Shown: positions 34,401-43,900 of the stretch, piece after piece
How the letters are laid out: each line of letters starts with the position of its first letter
Numbering within the stretch: the stretch's first letter is position 1
Assembly (NCBI GenBank): GCA_001643675.2
Contig: LSRY02000044.1
Span: 62,001-126,000, forward strand
Reading direction: 5' to 3'
DNA from: Monocercomonoides exilis PA203
Lineage: Eukaryota; Protista; Preaxostyla
Length of the DNA: 64,000 nucleotides
Position numbers and translations under genes: made by a program
The notes under the pieces: generated by a model
Database searches by the model: none
Seen by the model: only the letters and a program-made list of their open reading frames with translations
Told to the model about the DNA's origin: nothing

Positions 34401-35350
34401 GAACACCATCACCTTCAATCTCATCCACAGACACAAACACAACATTTGTGAGGATGGACGATCTGTGTCCGACCACCTCATCGATATCGAATCTGGTAGA
34501 TGCGGTGGCTTGCTCGTCTCCTCATGAGAAGCTGATTGTGGATCTGAGTGATTCATTGTTCATGCTGCTGCACGGAAGGAATAAAACAAAGGAGATGGCG
34601 ATAGGCACATTGAAGGAGAGGGAGCAAACTGCTGCCCAGATCCTGTTCTGGGTGGCGAATCTGGCGCTCCACTCGTTTGATGAAATGGAAGTTCCGCTTT
34701 CCTCTCTTTCCAATCTGAGTCCGCACATTGTGCTGTTCTCAGAACACATGGTTATTTGTATTGTGATGCACTCCGACTGCTCGTCAGATGATGACTCGGA
34801 TTCATCATCGATCTCATCATCAACAGTTGTGACATCTGCCAGTGATGAAGATGATGAAGATGATGATGATAGTGACTCTCTGCCCTCATCAGCGTTTGAG
34901 GATGAAGATGATTACAAAAAAGAGTGTTTGAGGTGGAAGGCACCAGAGCTGCAGATGAACAGGAAGATGGGAGCAACAAAGGAATCAGTGGCATTCTCGA
35001 TTGGGATGATGCTGTGGGAGTGCTTGACACTGGAGATTCCGTTTGGAGAGTATGAGGCAGCGATTGCAGGAGACAAGATCGTGAATGGAGAGAGGCCGAG
35101 GATGGGAGATGAGGAGTCGAGTCTCGAAGAGGTGGTGAAGGGGTGTCTGTTGGCAGAGGCATCAGAAAGACCATCGCTGCCGAGTCTGAAGAGAGAGTTT
35201 ATTCAGCATTTTCCAGCAGGCGCTGCCATGATAACGATGTCAGATGCGATCGATGTGACGTGCATGAGATCGAGCCAATATACGATCAACAAAAGCGGAA
35301 AGATTATCATTTTGGAAGCAAAGAGTGAATGTGAAAATATTGAAGAATGA
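28457..35350 (+). CDS. Large type-I membrane receptor-like protein: signal peptide, parallel beta-helix (GGA/GGG-repeat) ectodomain, TM helix and truncated TKL-like pseudokinase
   Basis: ATG at 28457 (MVLGLSGILYCVWIISVG). Repeats NGGAIF, GGGIIC, GGGLYL and KGGAIFF with F.NC.A spacing, and CG...PC.T motifs. TM YWLLIVVVLVVILLVVLIVSIVLAVRWRK (about 34018-34105). Kinase C-lobe motifs LRWKAPE, VAFSIGMMLWECLTLEIPFG and CL...ERPS. No intron in 6.9 kb. Confidence 0.85.
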   Translation: MVLGLSGILYCVWIISVGCVCKGAASDGAGFVEESGKEGELDYSEGTWSEKAQNNKIGDDNLFDAHVEGKEGGVGETWKEDKMTKKCTKQWNERSGEIGKVEKWGFCDEWKMWGKEGVCGGSGVEGSVVAVNSSIQLNSLGLREMGGESVLRASDGSSVEVSGCVIGVERETPPFDFCGSCGLFTNISLRSSSTSTSISTEQIFPPLFSSKAMEGEISEKCHISICSSHFSSFCVSSAPFISSHFVCLSQLEFFNISSNPSKTTHLGERLSQISFLMSGCEFESVGDVYDGGIVPSLNSPSSSLAASNTSFVGCYRSQNVVISGSEGDLSKPGRHEITDDGANSFTWCVWNGSKTTGTNIHFSYGDSNGGAIFMYDLSSGTLSVKFCSFNDCYAHHGGGGIICYWINSVKIVNSSFNACTVKSAVGGGICIKSISSCIRVSGCEFQNCKAYSYGGGLYLDDFNVSGSSCIGTESGEGESACVFDCFITSCSLTYRRGGGMYCESVPAAFKMRSLQFISCSAASYGGGFDLEPSQSTAPTNNIYCYFFFFHDCSCSNSTPYGHDVYFQDNFNLFSSNNPFYESYTTNTNDKRVCRYYNGQYIEKKDWLKKGVLNRFVAVSGGNAEELCGLDESSACRTIGVAINNSLTQLILSIILIEGNHTSETATIDIGTKKISIFGRGKTASVIGTNSLSSTSTTLFSVSSGQLEVEHVGIDHNATRSSSPSVFVVPVGSGTLSLEDVAISSSVNGESGISASIFVMALSQLRMSDVEIKNMKMSQPLFSEPSSGESVSGESLLGNVTIRNVNRTGGDGVVISKSVKGGETFVVWNTTTEGCECENGNGGGIKVELEDTTSKVRIGTSTAQSGGTTTFNQCKCNGCGGGVMMHLADAIALFELSDTLVFDGNEAEYGKNVFISASDLNKTVTNDSFKFDYSSMKDDKTLFVGSDNFHSNKDLFMFLIPYSSFEIFISSNGFDVARCGSEEEPCFTMWKGMENMKQEVGNKTIQIEGSTIIRDLFNVSNYQIKKSSSMGEENVKSILNFEKAIGSQLEYFMENDIHLELTNIQLRLTSGFDNSAKTIISSRAGELVITGCSFHSEAGVNDGFDCVFVDVIGGNVEVNDLSMESCNVGNSIFSIHDAGITCQLKNVRVKLLNESRGCILSIKKSEPGLKINVGTNIEIDNSSFSGVKRSDNGASILESKSEKKICLVVNSSNITEDKAELSEKGGAIFFTLGASGSMKMIKSEVSQCSCTNGKGGGVYLATKERGELNFTFVGMKFSSNTARVGNDIFIECFNITSQINEIQFRFDFREGSFTQFNAIFGRDLCNNTDDTDLIDFLMTHRGDTIIVSSLNGSNDKQCGTNTLPCDSIDQGLIHLTSELISQILIVEESVIGREIELKEMSLSSKSREMCKVEVKSNIEKTKDALVITTGTVSFVRVNFVFDSNFISSHKSFISPEGGILEIMNCSFESKQSNEEGNTEYANIPFHIINMEKGELQLMECKVKRLILQESSIYLSSSLPSVIYLFEISNSTIKTSLIDINECGQLNMEKFHSENITVEENEDSLISCLAMKKTIQLANCTIGGVSSKTKKGKLMKVENCLDVSMDNCAFDGSSKERNEQNSKTEEEMCRWKGSLVDVVKSSVMMKDTTIANSPKGGITMSGGNVNIEKGEFMNNNPFIEKYPSLRKNIICSDFGTLNVMSLKGGDGLKDNTSLWMLNEGCSFEGIASERDSSFFIPVLESVEAKESTDRMKLTFKGLLLIPCNLSFSVVKRKGEEKKIEKHDFDSNGFLSEREVEGSVGKDLISSCGDEIEVCVFILFGNAESLSSTNSFILKNASEAKENGNERIVEGGKEGKSYWLLIVVVLVVILLVVLIVSIVLAVRWRKAKKENKDLREIVNDNIRKDPKAFEMVTMEMSPEAQWRREGMNNEENAKKRVYEKKMVHSESEEYLLAESGSTEYILGRDSGKIPEWALEKEEEEEMRKRTPSPSISSTDTNTTFVRMDDLCPTTSSISNLVDAVACSSPHEKLIVDLSDSLFMLLHGRNKTKEMAIGTLKEREQTAAQILFWVANLALHSFDEMEVPLSSLSNLSPHIVLFSEHMVICIVMHSDCSSDDDSDSSSISSSTVVTSASDEDDEDDDDSDSLPSSAFEDEDDYKKECLRWKAPELQMNRKMGATKESVAFSIGMMLWECLTLEIPFGEYEAAIAGDKIVNGERPRMGDEESSLEEVVKGCLLAEASERPSLPSLKREFIQHFPAGAAMITMSDAIDVTCMRSSQYTINKSGKIIILEAKSECENIEE

Positions 35351-35971
35351 TTTCTCATTTCATTCATCAATTCAAAGTCATAAAGGTGAATGAAAAGATT
35401 TTTTGTGAAAAAGTTTGTTGAAGAGAGATTATTTGAAAGAAGTCTGGAAATCATTGTTTTTGCGTTTCATTTTATTTTTTGATATTGTTAAATTATATGT
35501 TAATTTTATTTTTCACACACATATTCACCACTTGTTTGTAATTTGTTTGTATAATTTCACTGAATTCAGTCACTCACCAGAACAACTGTTTTTATTTGTC
35601 TTTTTTCTATTTTCAAGTTTTTGTGATTGTATTTCCCTTTCTGATTGTTAACAGACATGAATATTTATTTTCTGTTGTTTCTCATTATTGTTTTGATTGA
35701 TTTACCAACACCTTTTTCGAATGTTTTGATAAATGGAGTTTTTGTTGAATCACCATTCTTATTTTTCGATTGTTAATCCGATATGTATTTGCAGACATCT
35801 TCTTGTGTAACTCAAACCATTTTCGTTATTTTTCCTTCCAACTTTTCAATATTGTATTAAACTTTTTCGATATTGAATAATTTTTGGTGTATTTGTAATT
35901 TTTCAATTTTGATGAAAATAATTTTATGTTTAAAAATTATTCTTCATAACTTCATTATTCAAGCTGTGTTG

Positions 35972-36482
35972 GGTAAATGCAGAAAATAGGGGTACCAAAG
36001 TTTTTTCATTGTTTTGCAATATTTTGAAATAAAAATGATATTCACATTTATTCATGTGTTTCATATAAGTTACATATCAAATAAGAAAATTATGAAGGAA
36101 AAATGAAACAAACAATTTCATATTCCAATTCATTTTAAAGGTTTATAATATTTTGTTCCATTTAATAAATTTGATATGAAAAGGAAAAATTAAATTATTA
36201 CCGTCAAATACCTTGAAGCAGGACGTACTATCATGCTTTTCAATGGCGTAATATATAAAGAAGATTTTGGAGTTGTGGATAGCCGTGATGTTTCATTATT
36301 ATTTTTCCAGTTAATATTTTGGGTTTCTTTTTTTCAAGATTTATTCATTGATACACACTAATTTTTCTCCAAACCTAAAAAATTGTTATTATTTATCATA
36401 TAAATAGCATGTGGCTTGAGTATTATCCAGGATGAATGATTAACTTTAAGATTTTTAGGTACCCCTATCTTCTGCTCTTACC
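35972..36482. mobile_element. Merlin-type (IS1016-like) non-autonomous element/MITE, 511 bp
   Basis: 25-bp TIRs GGTAAATGCAGAAAATAGGGGTACC and GGTAAGAGCAGAAGATAGGGGTACC (3 mismatches). Perfect 8-bp TSD CTGTGTTG at 35964-35971 and 36483-36490. GG-N-R-M termini with an 8-bp TSD are typical of Merlin. Confidence 0.8.
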
Positions 36483-36810
36483 CTGTGTTGGTGTTACGTG
36501 TCAAAAAAACACAATCAATAAAAAATGAATGAAACAAAAATTGAAAATTCATAAATCATATAAAGTTTTGCATAATTATCAAAATTTTAACTTAAGTCAG
36601 TTTTTTTTTTCATTTAGTGAATAACATTCGTGGAAAAAACATCAGCTGGTGGAAAATCTGGTTGTTGGTGGAATTAAATTGCTGTTTGTTTATACTTAAA
36701 ATATTCATCCAATCCCACAATGAACAATATGGATTTTTATTTTTTAAGAGTTCGTGAAACAAGGGAGTATTATAAAAAAAAAAGGAACATAAACATCTGC
36801 AACTTGTCTT

Positions 36811-37030
36811 AATTTTTTTGAAAAGTTCATTTTGATTGATTTTCAAATAAAAATAGAATTATCATTTTTTGATCAAATTTCGGTTCTTAATCACCAAATT
36901 TTAAGCAGTTATAAAAACGAATGCTTGACAATGTAATTATTTTATTTTTGTGAAGTTTCATTCGTTGAAACAGAAATTTGTTCGATGAATGAAATATTTA
37001 ATTTATTACAAAATTTAACAAAATGAACCT
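36811..37030. mobile_element. Fold-back/MITE-like element, family B copy 2 (degenerate)
   Basis: Shares TTTCAAATAAA...GATCAAATTTCGGTTC and ACAGAAATTTG with the 25242-25489 element. Confidence 0.6.
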
Positions 37031-37049
37031 ATATGAAAAAATGAGATAC

Positions 37050-37092
37050 TTTATTTTATTTTATTTTATTTTATTTTATTTTATTTTATTTT
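37050..37092. repeat. (TTTTA)n pentanucleotide microsatellite
   Basis: About 8 tandem TTTTA units. Confidence 0.9.
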
Positions 37093-37300
37093 TGAAATGA
37101 GATGAGAGAATGATGAATTGTGAACACAGTTTCAAAAAACGAAAAATTTGCAAATTAATAAATATGCCGGAAAAATTGATCCTTTCATTTTTTTATTATT
37201 GATATTATCTGAGTAGTATTCGTCATCTATTTATCTCCTTTCGCATGTTCGAAGCTGCGTGTTGCACTCAATGCTTTTTGTCTCTTTTTCTTCATAAATA

Positions 37301-37749
37301 CAGTCTAAACCGGATATAATCACATCGGTTTTTGCACAACTTTTTGTGACTTTATCCGATTGTGATTAAACGCGATGATGCTTCACACAGAAAAAAATAA
37401 AAATTAATCACAAAAAAAATTAAATTTGAGTTGATTTTTTTATTTTTGAAAAAACATGACAAATACACATTTTTCAATAGAAATAACAATTTTTATTGTT
37501 TTATTATGTTATTCAGACTTATTTTAACAATATTTTGAAAAATCAATTTTTTGAAATTTTTGATCAAAAAACCGATTTTTCATAGAAAAAATCACACATA
37601 ATGATAAAAAATGTGATTATATATTTTCAGCCCCATGATTATATGCGATGAAAAATGAATGAAAAACAAGCAAAAATATCGGTGCATCGAAAAATGTGAC
37701 TATAAACGAATGTGATAATATTCGACGTGATTATATCCGGTTTTGACTG
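37301..37749. mobile_element. Tc1/mariner (pogo/Tigger-like) MITE, 449 bp, TA TSD
   Basis: TA|CAGTCTAAACCGGATATAATCACATCG ... CGACGTGATTATATCCGGTTTTGACTG|TA. 27-bp TIRs with 2 mismatches. Confidence 0.88.
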
Positions 37750-37804
37750 TATAACCAATTTCCTTCCCCTGCAAATAATTATCTACTATTCTTCTTTTTC
37801 TCTA

Positions 37805-39138
37805 TCAAACTGTCTTTTTCTCCACTTCAACGAATTTCTTCAACATCTTTTGTTCATTTGCCTTTTCTTCACATGTCTCAGATTTTTCTTCCTTCTTTTC
37901 TTTCAGCTCCTTTTCAATTGTCTTTTTTTCTTCGATTTTTTCTTTCAGTTGTTGTTTTTCCTTTGGAGAAAAATCTCCAAATAAATCCTTATTCAAATCA
38001 TTTTTAGAACACAATGATGAGAACTTTTGAGAAGATGAAAGTGGACCACAAATTCTGGAAAGTGCAGGGGCAGCGGACACCAGATATACACCCGTATTTA
38101 ATAATGATGATCTGATAACTGATAAAGTTGTTGCTTCTGTTATAGTTTTGGGCAAAGAATCTGCCAAAGCTTATCTTCATGAGGAGGTTGAAAATTGAGT
38201 TGGCTTTTCAAGAAAGTTTTGAAGAGCTTGTTTGAACCTCGCAAATACTCGGTTATCACAAGGTCGCAAGAGGCTGGCCATGTTTGAATGAAAAAGATTT
38301 AACAATGTTATTTTGTTTTTGTTCCGCAAATGCAATCACTTCTGAATCGAAGTGAGTTCGGTGATTATCTTCTTAAAGGAGTGCTTTATTCGATAATGAT
38401 TGTCTATGTTTATTTGCAATTAATGGAATCCATTTCTTTGTCATTATCATTCGAAACAATTCCGTCGATATCCAACCAGATTAAGACCTCTCATAAGATA
38501 TATTGAATGAAGATTAAAAAGAGAACCCCGGTGGAATCTTTTTGTGAGGGGATATTAGAATATGAAGAAGATATAACCAGTTCTCACAAATGCACACACA
38601 AATTGTTGCATTTTCCGGATATGTCAATGGAGAAAGAGAAGGGGGTAATTGGTTTTTCAAGCAAACGATGAGTTTTTCAATCATATCATCTTCACGTTCT
38701 GAAGATTTGTCAAAATTGTGAATATCTTTCTTATTAATACTATTGACCACTTTGATGGAGGATAACTTTTCGAACCACGAATGTATTGTAATTGGAGATT
38801 GTGTGTCAAATTTTGCAATTTCCATCGGGATGGAAATTGAGGTTCTTGAAATTGAACTTCATTTTATCAAATCAAACACACATTTACAAATGACTTTATT
38901 TCTTTTTTCTTCACTTTCTCAACCTGTTTTCAAATATCTTGTGTTTGTTATATCCAAAAATGAAATAACAACATATTCAAATCTTCGAAACCATTGCTTG
39001 AATATTCTTCAATGAGATCATTTTTTGTTATGAAAGAAGAGCAATCGCTTTATTTACCTAAGTTTCGAGATGTTTTCTCGATATGATCGAAGGTCGACAC
39101 GATTCACCAATTTGGCACTTTGTCTTTAAAGCAGCCAT
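37805..39138 (-). pseudogene. Decayed pogo/Fot1-like (DDE_1) transposase
   Basis: Reading through stops and one frameshift gives DIHNFDKSS (D1, about 38710), ENATICVCIC, SGWISTELFRMIMTKKWIP, KALL*EDNHRTH (D2, about 38368) and ITLLNLFHSNMASLLRPCDNRVFARFKQAL (D3, about 38256). These match the DDE_1 consensus N.DE / SGW / D.H.SH / LQP.D..VF..FK. Both end coordinates are approximate. Confidence 0.8.
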
Positions 39139-39928
39139 TCCTCTTTCCGATGCTCCGTTTGAAATTGAATTGGATCTTAATGAAGTTTTCAATGTTATTG
39201 TTTATTTCTAATTGATTTCGAATCATTTTTTGAAAAGAAAAAACAAAATTTCTGAGATCCTTTGTCTCAATCAGTTTGAAAAGTTTATTGGATGTTATTT
39301 TTTTGTTATTTTAATAATTATTCATTTGATCAAAAATTGAAAAAATCATTAAAATAAAAATTAAAATGAAAGAAAGTCAGTAATCACCAATCAAGAATTT
39401 ATAAATGTGAAGTCCAAGTTTTTTTTGACATAAGTTTATTCAAAAGTTGAAAACACTTTCTTTTTATTATATCAGAAAAATTCTATTGTTATTTCTGAGA
39501 ACTTCATTGTTTTTAAGCTGATTGAATAAACTTGATTTCAAGCTCTGCAGGTGTCAGCTTTTGAAAATTATTAAACTCATTATACTTGAATTTGATTAAT
39601 TTCATTTCGTTTTTATAGGTTTTCAGATAGCATGGGCTTCCAAATTTTTCACAAGATATCGTTTTTTCCACAAATTGTTGGTAAAATTTGTCAAATTCAA
39701 ACTGAAAAAAAGTTTTTTGATTTTTTTTCTTTTAGGTATTTGATCGTGTGTTTATTAATGAATTGGTAATTGTTTCAAAAAAAAATAATATTTTTCATGT
39801 GGACAGGAGAAAATGAATTATTTTGCAAAAAATAAAAGTGAAAGGATAGTTCATGATCTTGTATAGCACGCAAAAATCAGAAATCAATCTCATTTATTAA
39901 GAACGAAATGTTTTTAACAAAGTGAGTA

Positions 39929-40324
39929 CAGATATCGCACAAAATACCGGACATCGCACAAAATACCGGACAAGATCGATTTCACAATAACTGCAAGAGG
40001 AATAATTCTGATAATTTTCCTCAAAACACATCTCATCAATGCAAACTCACGAGGAATACAAGACTTCACTTCAGCTTTATTTGTGCTCAGTAAAAATTAA
40101 TTTTTGAAATCTCGGAGAATTAAGATTTTGAATTTCTCCGAGATTTTAAAAATAATTTTTTAAATATTCATTTTGCACGGAAATGAAAGTCTGACATGCT
40201 AAATGTGTTAGCTTTGTTCAGATATATTTAGAGGAATATTATTAGATTTTTTATTTGAGTGGTTATTGAGAAAACGATCTTGTCCGGTATTTTGTGCGAT
40301 GTCCGGTATTTTGTGCGATATCTG
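39929..40324. mobile_element. Tc1/mariner-type MITE family A, 396 bp, TA TSD
   Basis: Perfect 50-bp TIRs CAGAT-(ATCGCACAAAATACCGGAC)x2-AAGATCG, flanked by TA on both sides. Internal hairpin ATCTCGGAGAA/TTCTCCGAGAT. Confidence 0.92.
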
Positions 40325-40946
40325 TATTATTCATAGCAGACAAAACGAAACATTTTCAATTTTCGAAAATTAGAAAAGAATCGATGGATATCATTCAGTA
40401 TCATCAAAAACTGCAGTTTGAAGGAAAAAAAAAACCATTTTAAATGAAAAAACATTAATTATTATTAACATTAAAATCAAATTAATTTCACACATATTCA
40501 CAAGAATCAAGATTTGGAATTAATGAACTTCTTTTTCAATCTTGAGCAAAACTTTTTCGATGTTGGATAATTTTTGGTGCAATTGAAATTATTCCACTGA
40601 ATTTTGTGTTTTCTTATTGAAAAAAACAAAAATAATTATTTATTTCAGCATCAATAGAAAAATTGGAATATATTACTAACAATAACAACAATAATATCAG
40701 CGTTATAGCAAAGTTCATTTCATTATTCGAAAAGACATATTCATTAATTACTTATGGTGAATTTGATCATTATCCAGATTTTTAATTTGTTATGCCAAGA
40801 TGCGAAATCAAGTTTGACTTGATTAAATTTGATTTGCAAAAGTGATTTATTTTTTAATCCAAATAACAATGCTGCTTATTTTAATTCCAATTTTTTTTAT
40901 GATTATTTGGGTGATGATTCATGCTGAATTGCCTGCAATTATTCGG

Positions 40947-43900
40947 ATGAACAAGGGAAAGAGTTCAAATTCGATGAAGAATGACACAGCTGAAGAAGGA
41001 CGCCAACATTTGCAAAACAAAGAAAAAGAGATGGATTCTCGAAATGCGAAAGAGAGATTATCGTTCCCCGCGGCAGACTCGGACGATACGAATCAGATGC
41101 AATCACTGCTTAAGATTGTGCAGAGCTGTCAGAGCAACTTTGACCAGAATTTGCTTGCGTCCTTGCCAGCAACCTCATCTCCCCCGAACGGATTGCAGTC
41201 CAAAGGCATCAAAACAGCTGCCGATTTGAAGAAGCAAAAAAAGTTACACGATCTGAAGCCAGAAGATGTGGAGAATTTGCTGAGCTTGTTTAAGGCTGCG
41301 CTGTCAAAAAGTCTCAGCTCATCTTCCATTTTAGGCTTCGCTGCGTTGCTGACGCTCACAAAAACATTTGATTTTCCTTTTTCATCATCGTTGTCATCTT
41401 CACCATCAATAACTGCACCAACAAAAACCCCATCGCAACCACCGCCAGCGCATCTAGTGCCATTGGTGCTGTTCACCACCCTTCTGAACGAAGGATGCCA
41501 AGCACTGAATGAATGCACCGATTTCAACATCGTCAAAGAGATGCTCAGACTTGCGCTCAATCAGATTATTTCTGCGACAGTTGTCCTCCAAGCACAGCCC
41601 ACAAAAGAAGCTGCTGAATCTGCTTTGCTGTCGTGTCGCTCTTACAAAACATCTTCTTCTTCTTCTTCTTCTTCTTCTTCTTCTTCTTCCTCATCGTCTT
41701 CTGCTTCTGCATCTGCTTCTTCTGGTTCTTCGATGTCAACCTATTTGTCCGATATCCAGTTATTCCCCTTTGCGTCATCGCTTTATAGATTTCATTCTCC
41801 GAAGCACACTGCATCCTGTTCTTCTTCATCGACTGCGCATTCTTCGACTTTGCATAATTCCAGTCGCAATTCGAAGCCTTCATCTTTACCCCGCAACTCG
41901 TCTTCTTCCTCTTCCTCTTCCTCTTCTTCCTCTTCTTCTTCCTTTTCATCTTCCTTATCTTCTCAGCCACGCGTCTCCTTCCCTGGGGATGGGGTGACCC
42001 AGGCGTTATTCTTCCTTGCGCCTCTTCTCGTCTGCTATCGCAAAGCGCTCGAAGGAGAAGGCAAAGATAAAAGCGAGGCAACAGCAGCCACTGCGCAGCT
42101 GATCAGCAAGTGGGACATGCTGACGGTTGTCACCAACGCCATCAGCGCATTCCGGCGGAAGGTGAAAGAGACGCATACAGCAATGATGATGATGGGAGGA
42201 AGCACTCATACATCGGCTTCTGCTTCTGCCTCTGCCTCTGCCACGACTTCTTCATCGGAGCAGAATTTACAGCCAAATGAGTGGATGACAATGAGTGAAA
42301 ATCTGAATATGGAAGCGATTGGCTATTATTCGTTCATCGAGCACACGCAAATACACACCGAGGCAACTCTGCAGATTGTCGAAGTTCTGATCGAATATGC
42401 ACTGGGAAGCAACAACCTGATTTCAAGTGCATCATCGTACTCTTCGCCTTCTTCTCTTGGCACGTCGTCCTTTTCTGATGTTCCCAGCGCGATTTACTTG
42501 GATTCTGCATCTGTCGCCTTCAACTGCCTCGTCAAAGGCGCCCTGACGCTGCAAGAGAGAAGCGCTGCAATTCGCAGCTTTGCTTCAGCCATCCGCCGGC
42601 ACTTCATCCCTTTCTCTTCCATCGGCACAGACATATCTGCGCTCCAGCTGAAGAAGGACGGCACGATGAAGCGAAGAACAGCACATGAGAATGCGCCGTC
42701 TGGAGGCAGCGGAAGTAACAGTGGTAATAATAATGCTATTAGCAGCAGCAGCAGCATAAGCAGCAGCAGCGATGTATTCAGTGCTATTGAGAGCTATTTC
42801 AAGGCAGAGCAAAGAGAAAGTGGGTGTCTATGCGACAACGCGCACAAGACAGAGCAGATTTTGCTGTTGCGAAATGCGCCAATTTTGGATCAGCTGAACA
42901 AGATCTGCTTTTCGTTTCCTTTGACAATGCGACCGACGGCTGGTGCTTCTCAGCCTGGTAGCAGCGAGCTAAAGAGAATTAAAGGAGAAGGGGAAATGGC
43001 AGCGACAAGAGAGAATTACGAAGCAGTGGAGTGCTTCTTCGAATACATCATCGAGCTGAACAGGGTGCTTGGCAATCTGTGTACATTTGACAAGGCAAGC
43101 TTGGAGGTCAAGCGAAAGGGTAAAGAGGTGCAAGTGCAGCCAGCACTGACAAAAGAAGCAGCAACAGCTCCGTTTAGAGGAAGCAACCAGTTTCTTGCAG
43201 AAAACGAAGTGCTCAGAACATCAGAGATTGTGATTGGATGGGATGCGCTGTGGAATGTGGGAATGAATTGGCCATTGGCTGACTCATCATCATCGTCATC
43301 TTCCTCTTCTTCCTCATCCTTCTTCGATTCTAAGCCCAACACAGCGATGAAGCTGATTGAGTGTCTGAGCCGCCCGTCTTTCATGCCTTCGTCTGCCCTC
43401 TCCGACGATGTGTTCAGCATCTTCCCTGCACACTGCACCTTCTTGGAAGATGCGCTGCAGCGTGTGCAGACAGAGCTGAAGACGTTTGTGCGCGGCTCGT
43501 CCCGCTCCGCCCTCAACGCTTCTCTCTTCCGCCTGCTCGCCGACCTCTCCTCCCCGCAGGAGTACGTGTCCTCCGACAGCCGCATCATCAACAGCATCAC
43601 ATTCCTCTCCAACATGCTTCGATCGGTGCGGCCATTTCTTGTCTCTTCCCCAATGAAAGTGCTAATCCCACTCACTGAGAACGCTGCGGGGGGTGTCCAC
43701 ACATACGACAACCGCGTCGACCCGTTTGGCAGCAGCAACATCGACTTCTCTGGCGACGATGATGTGCAGACATTCCGGCTGAGAATAGCCAACACCCACA
43801 AAATCGAACACGCGACGGCGATTGTGCTGTCGTTGGGGAAAAAAGCCATCACGAACAGCAAAGGTGCCTTGCTGGATGAGGTTGGAGGGCTGGAGCATTT

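Noticed and set aside
39934-39971. Tandem 19-bp repeats resembling a CRISPR or iteron array
   Set aside because: No spacers; mirrored at the other end of the element as part of the MITE TIRs; eukaryotic context.
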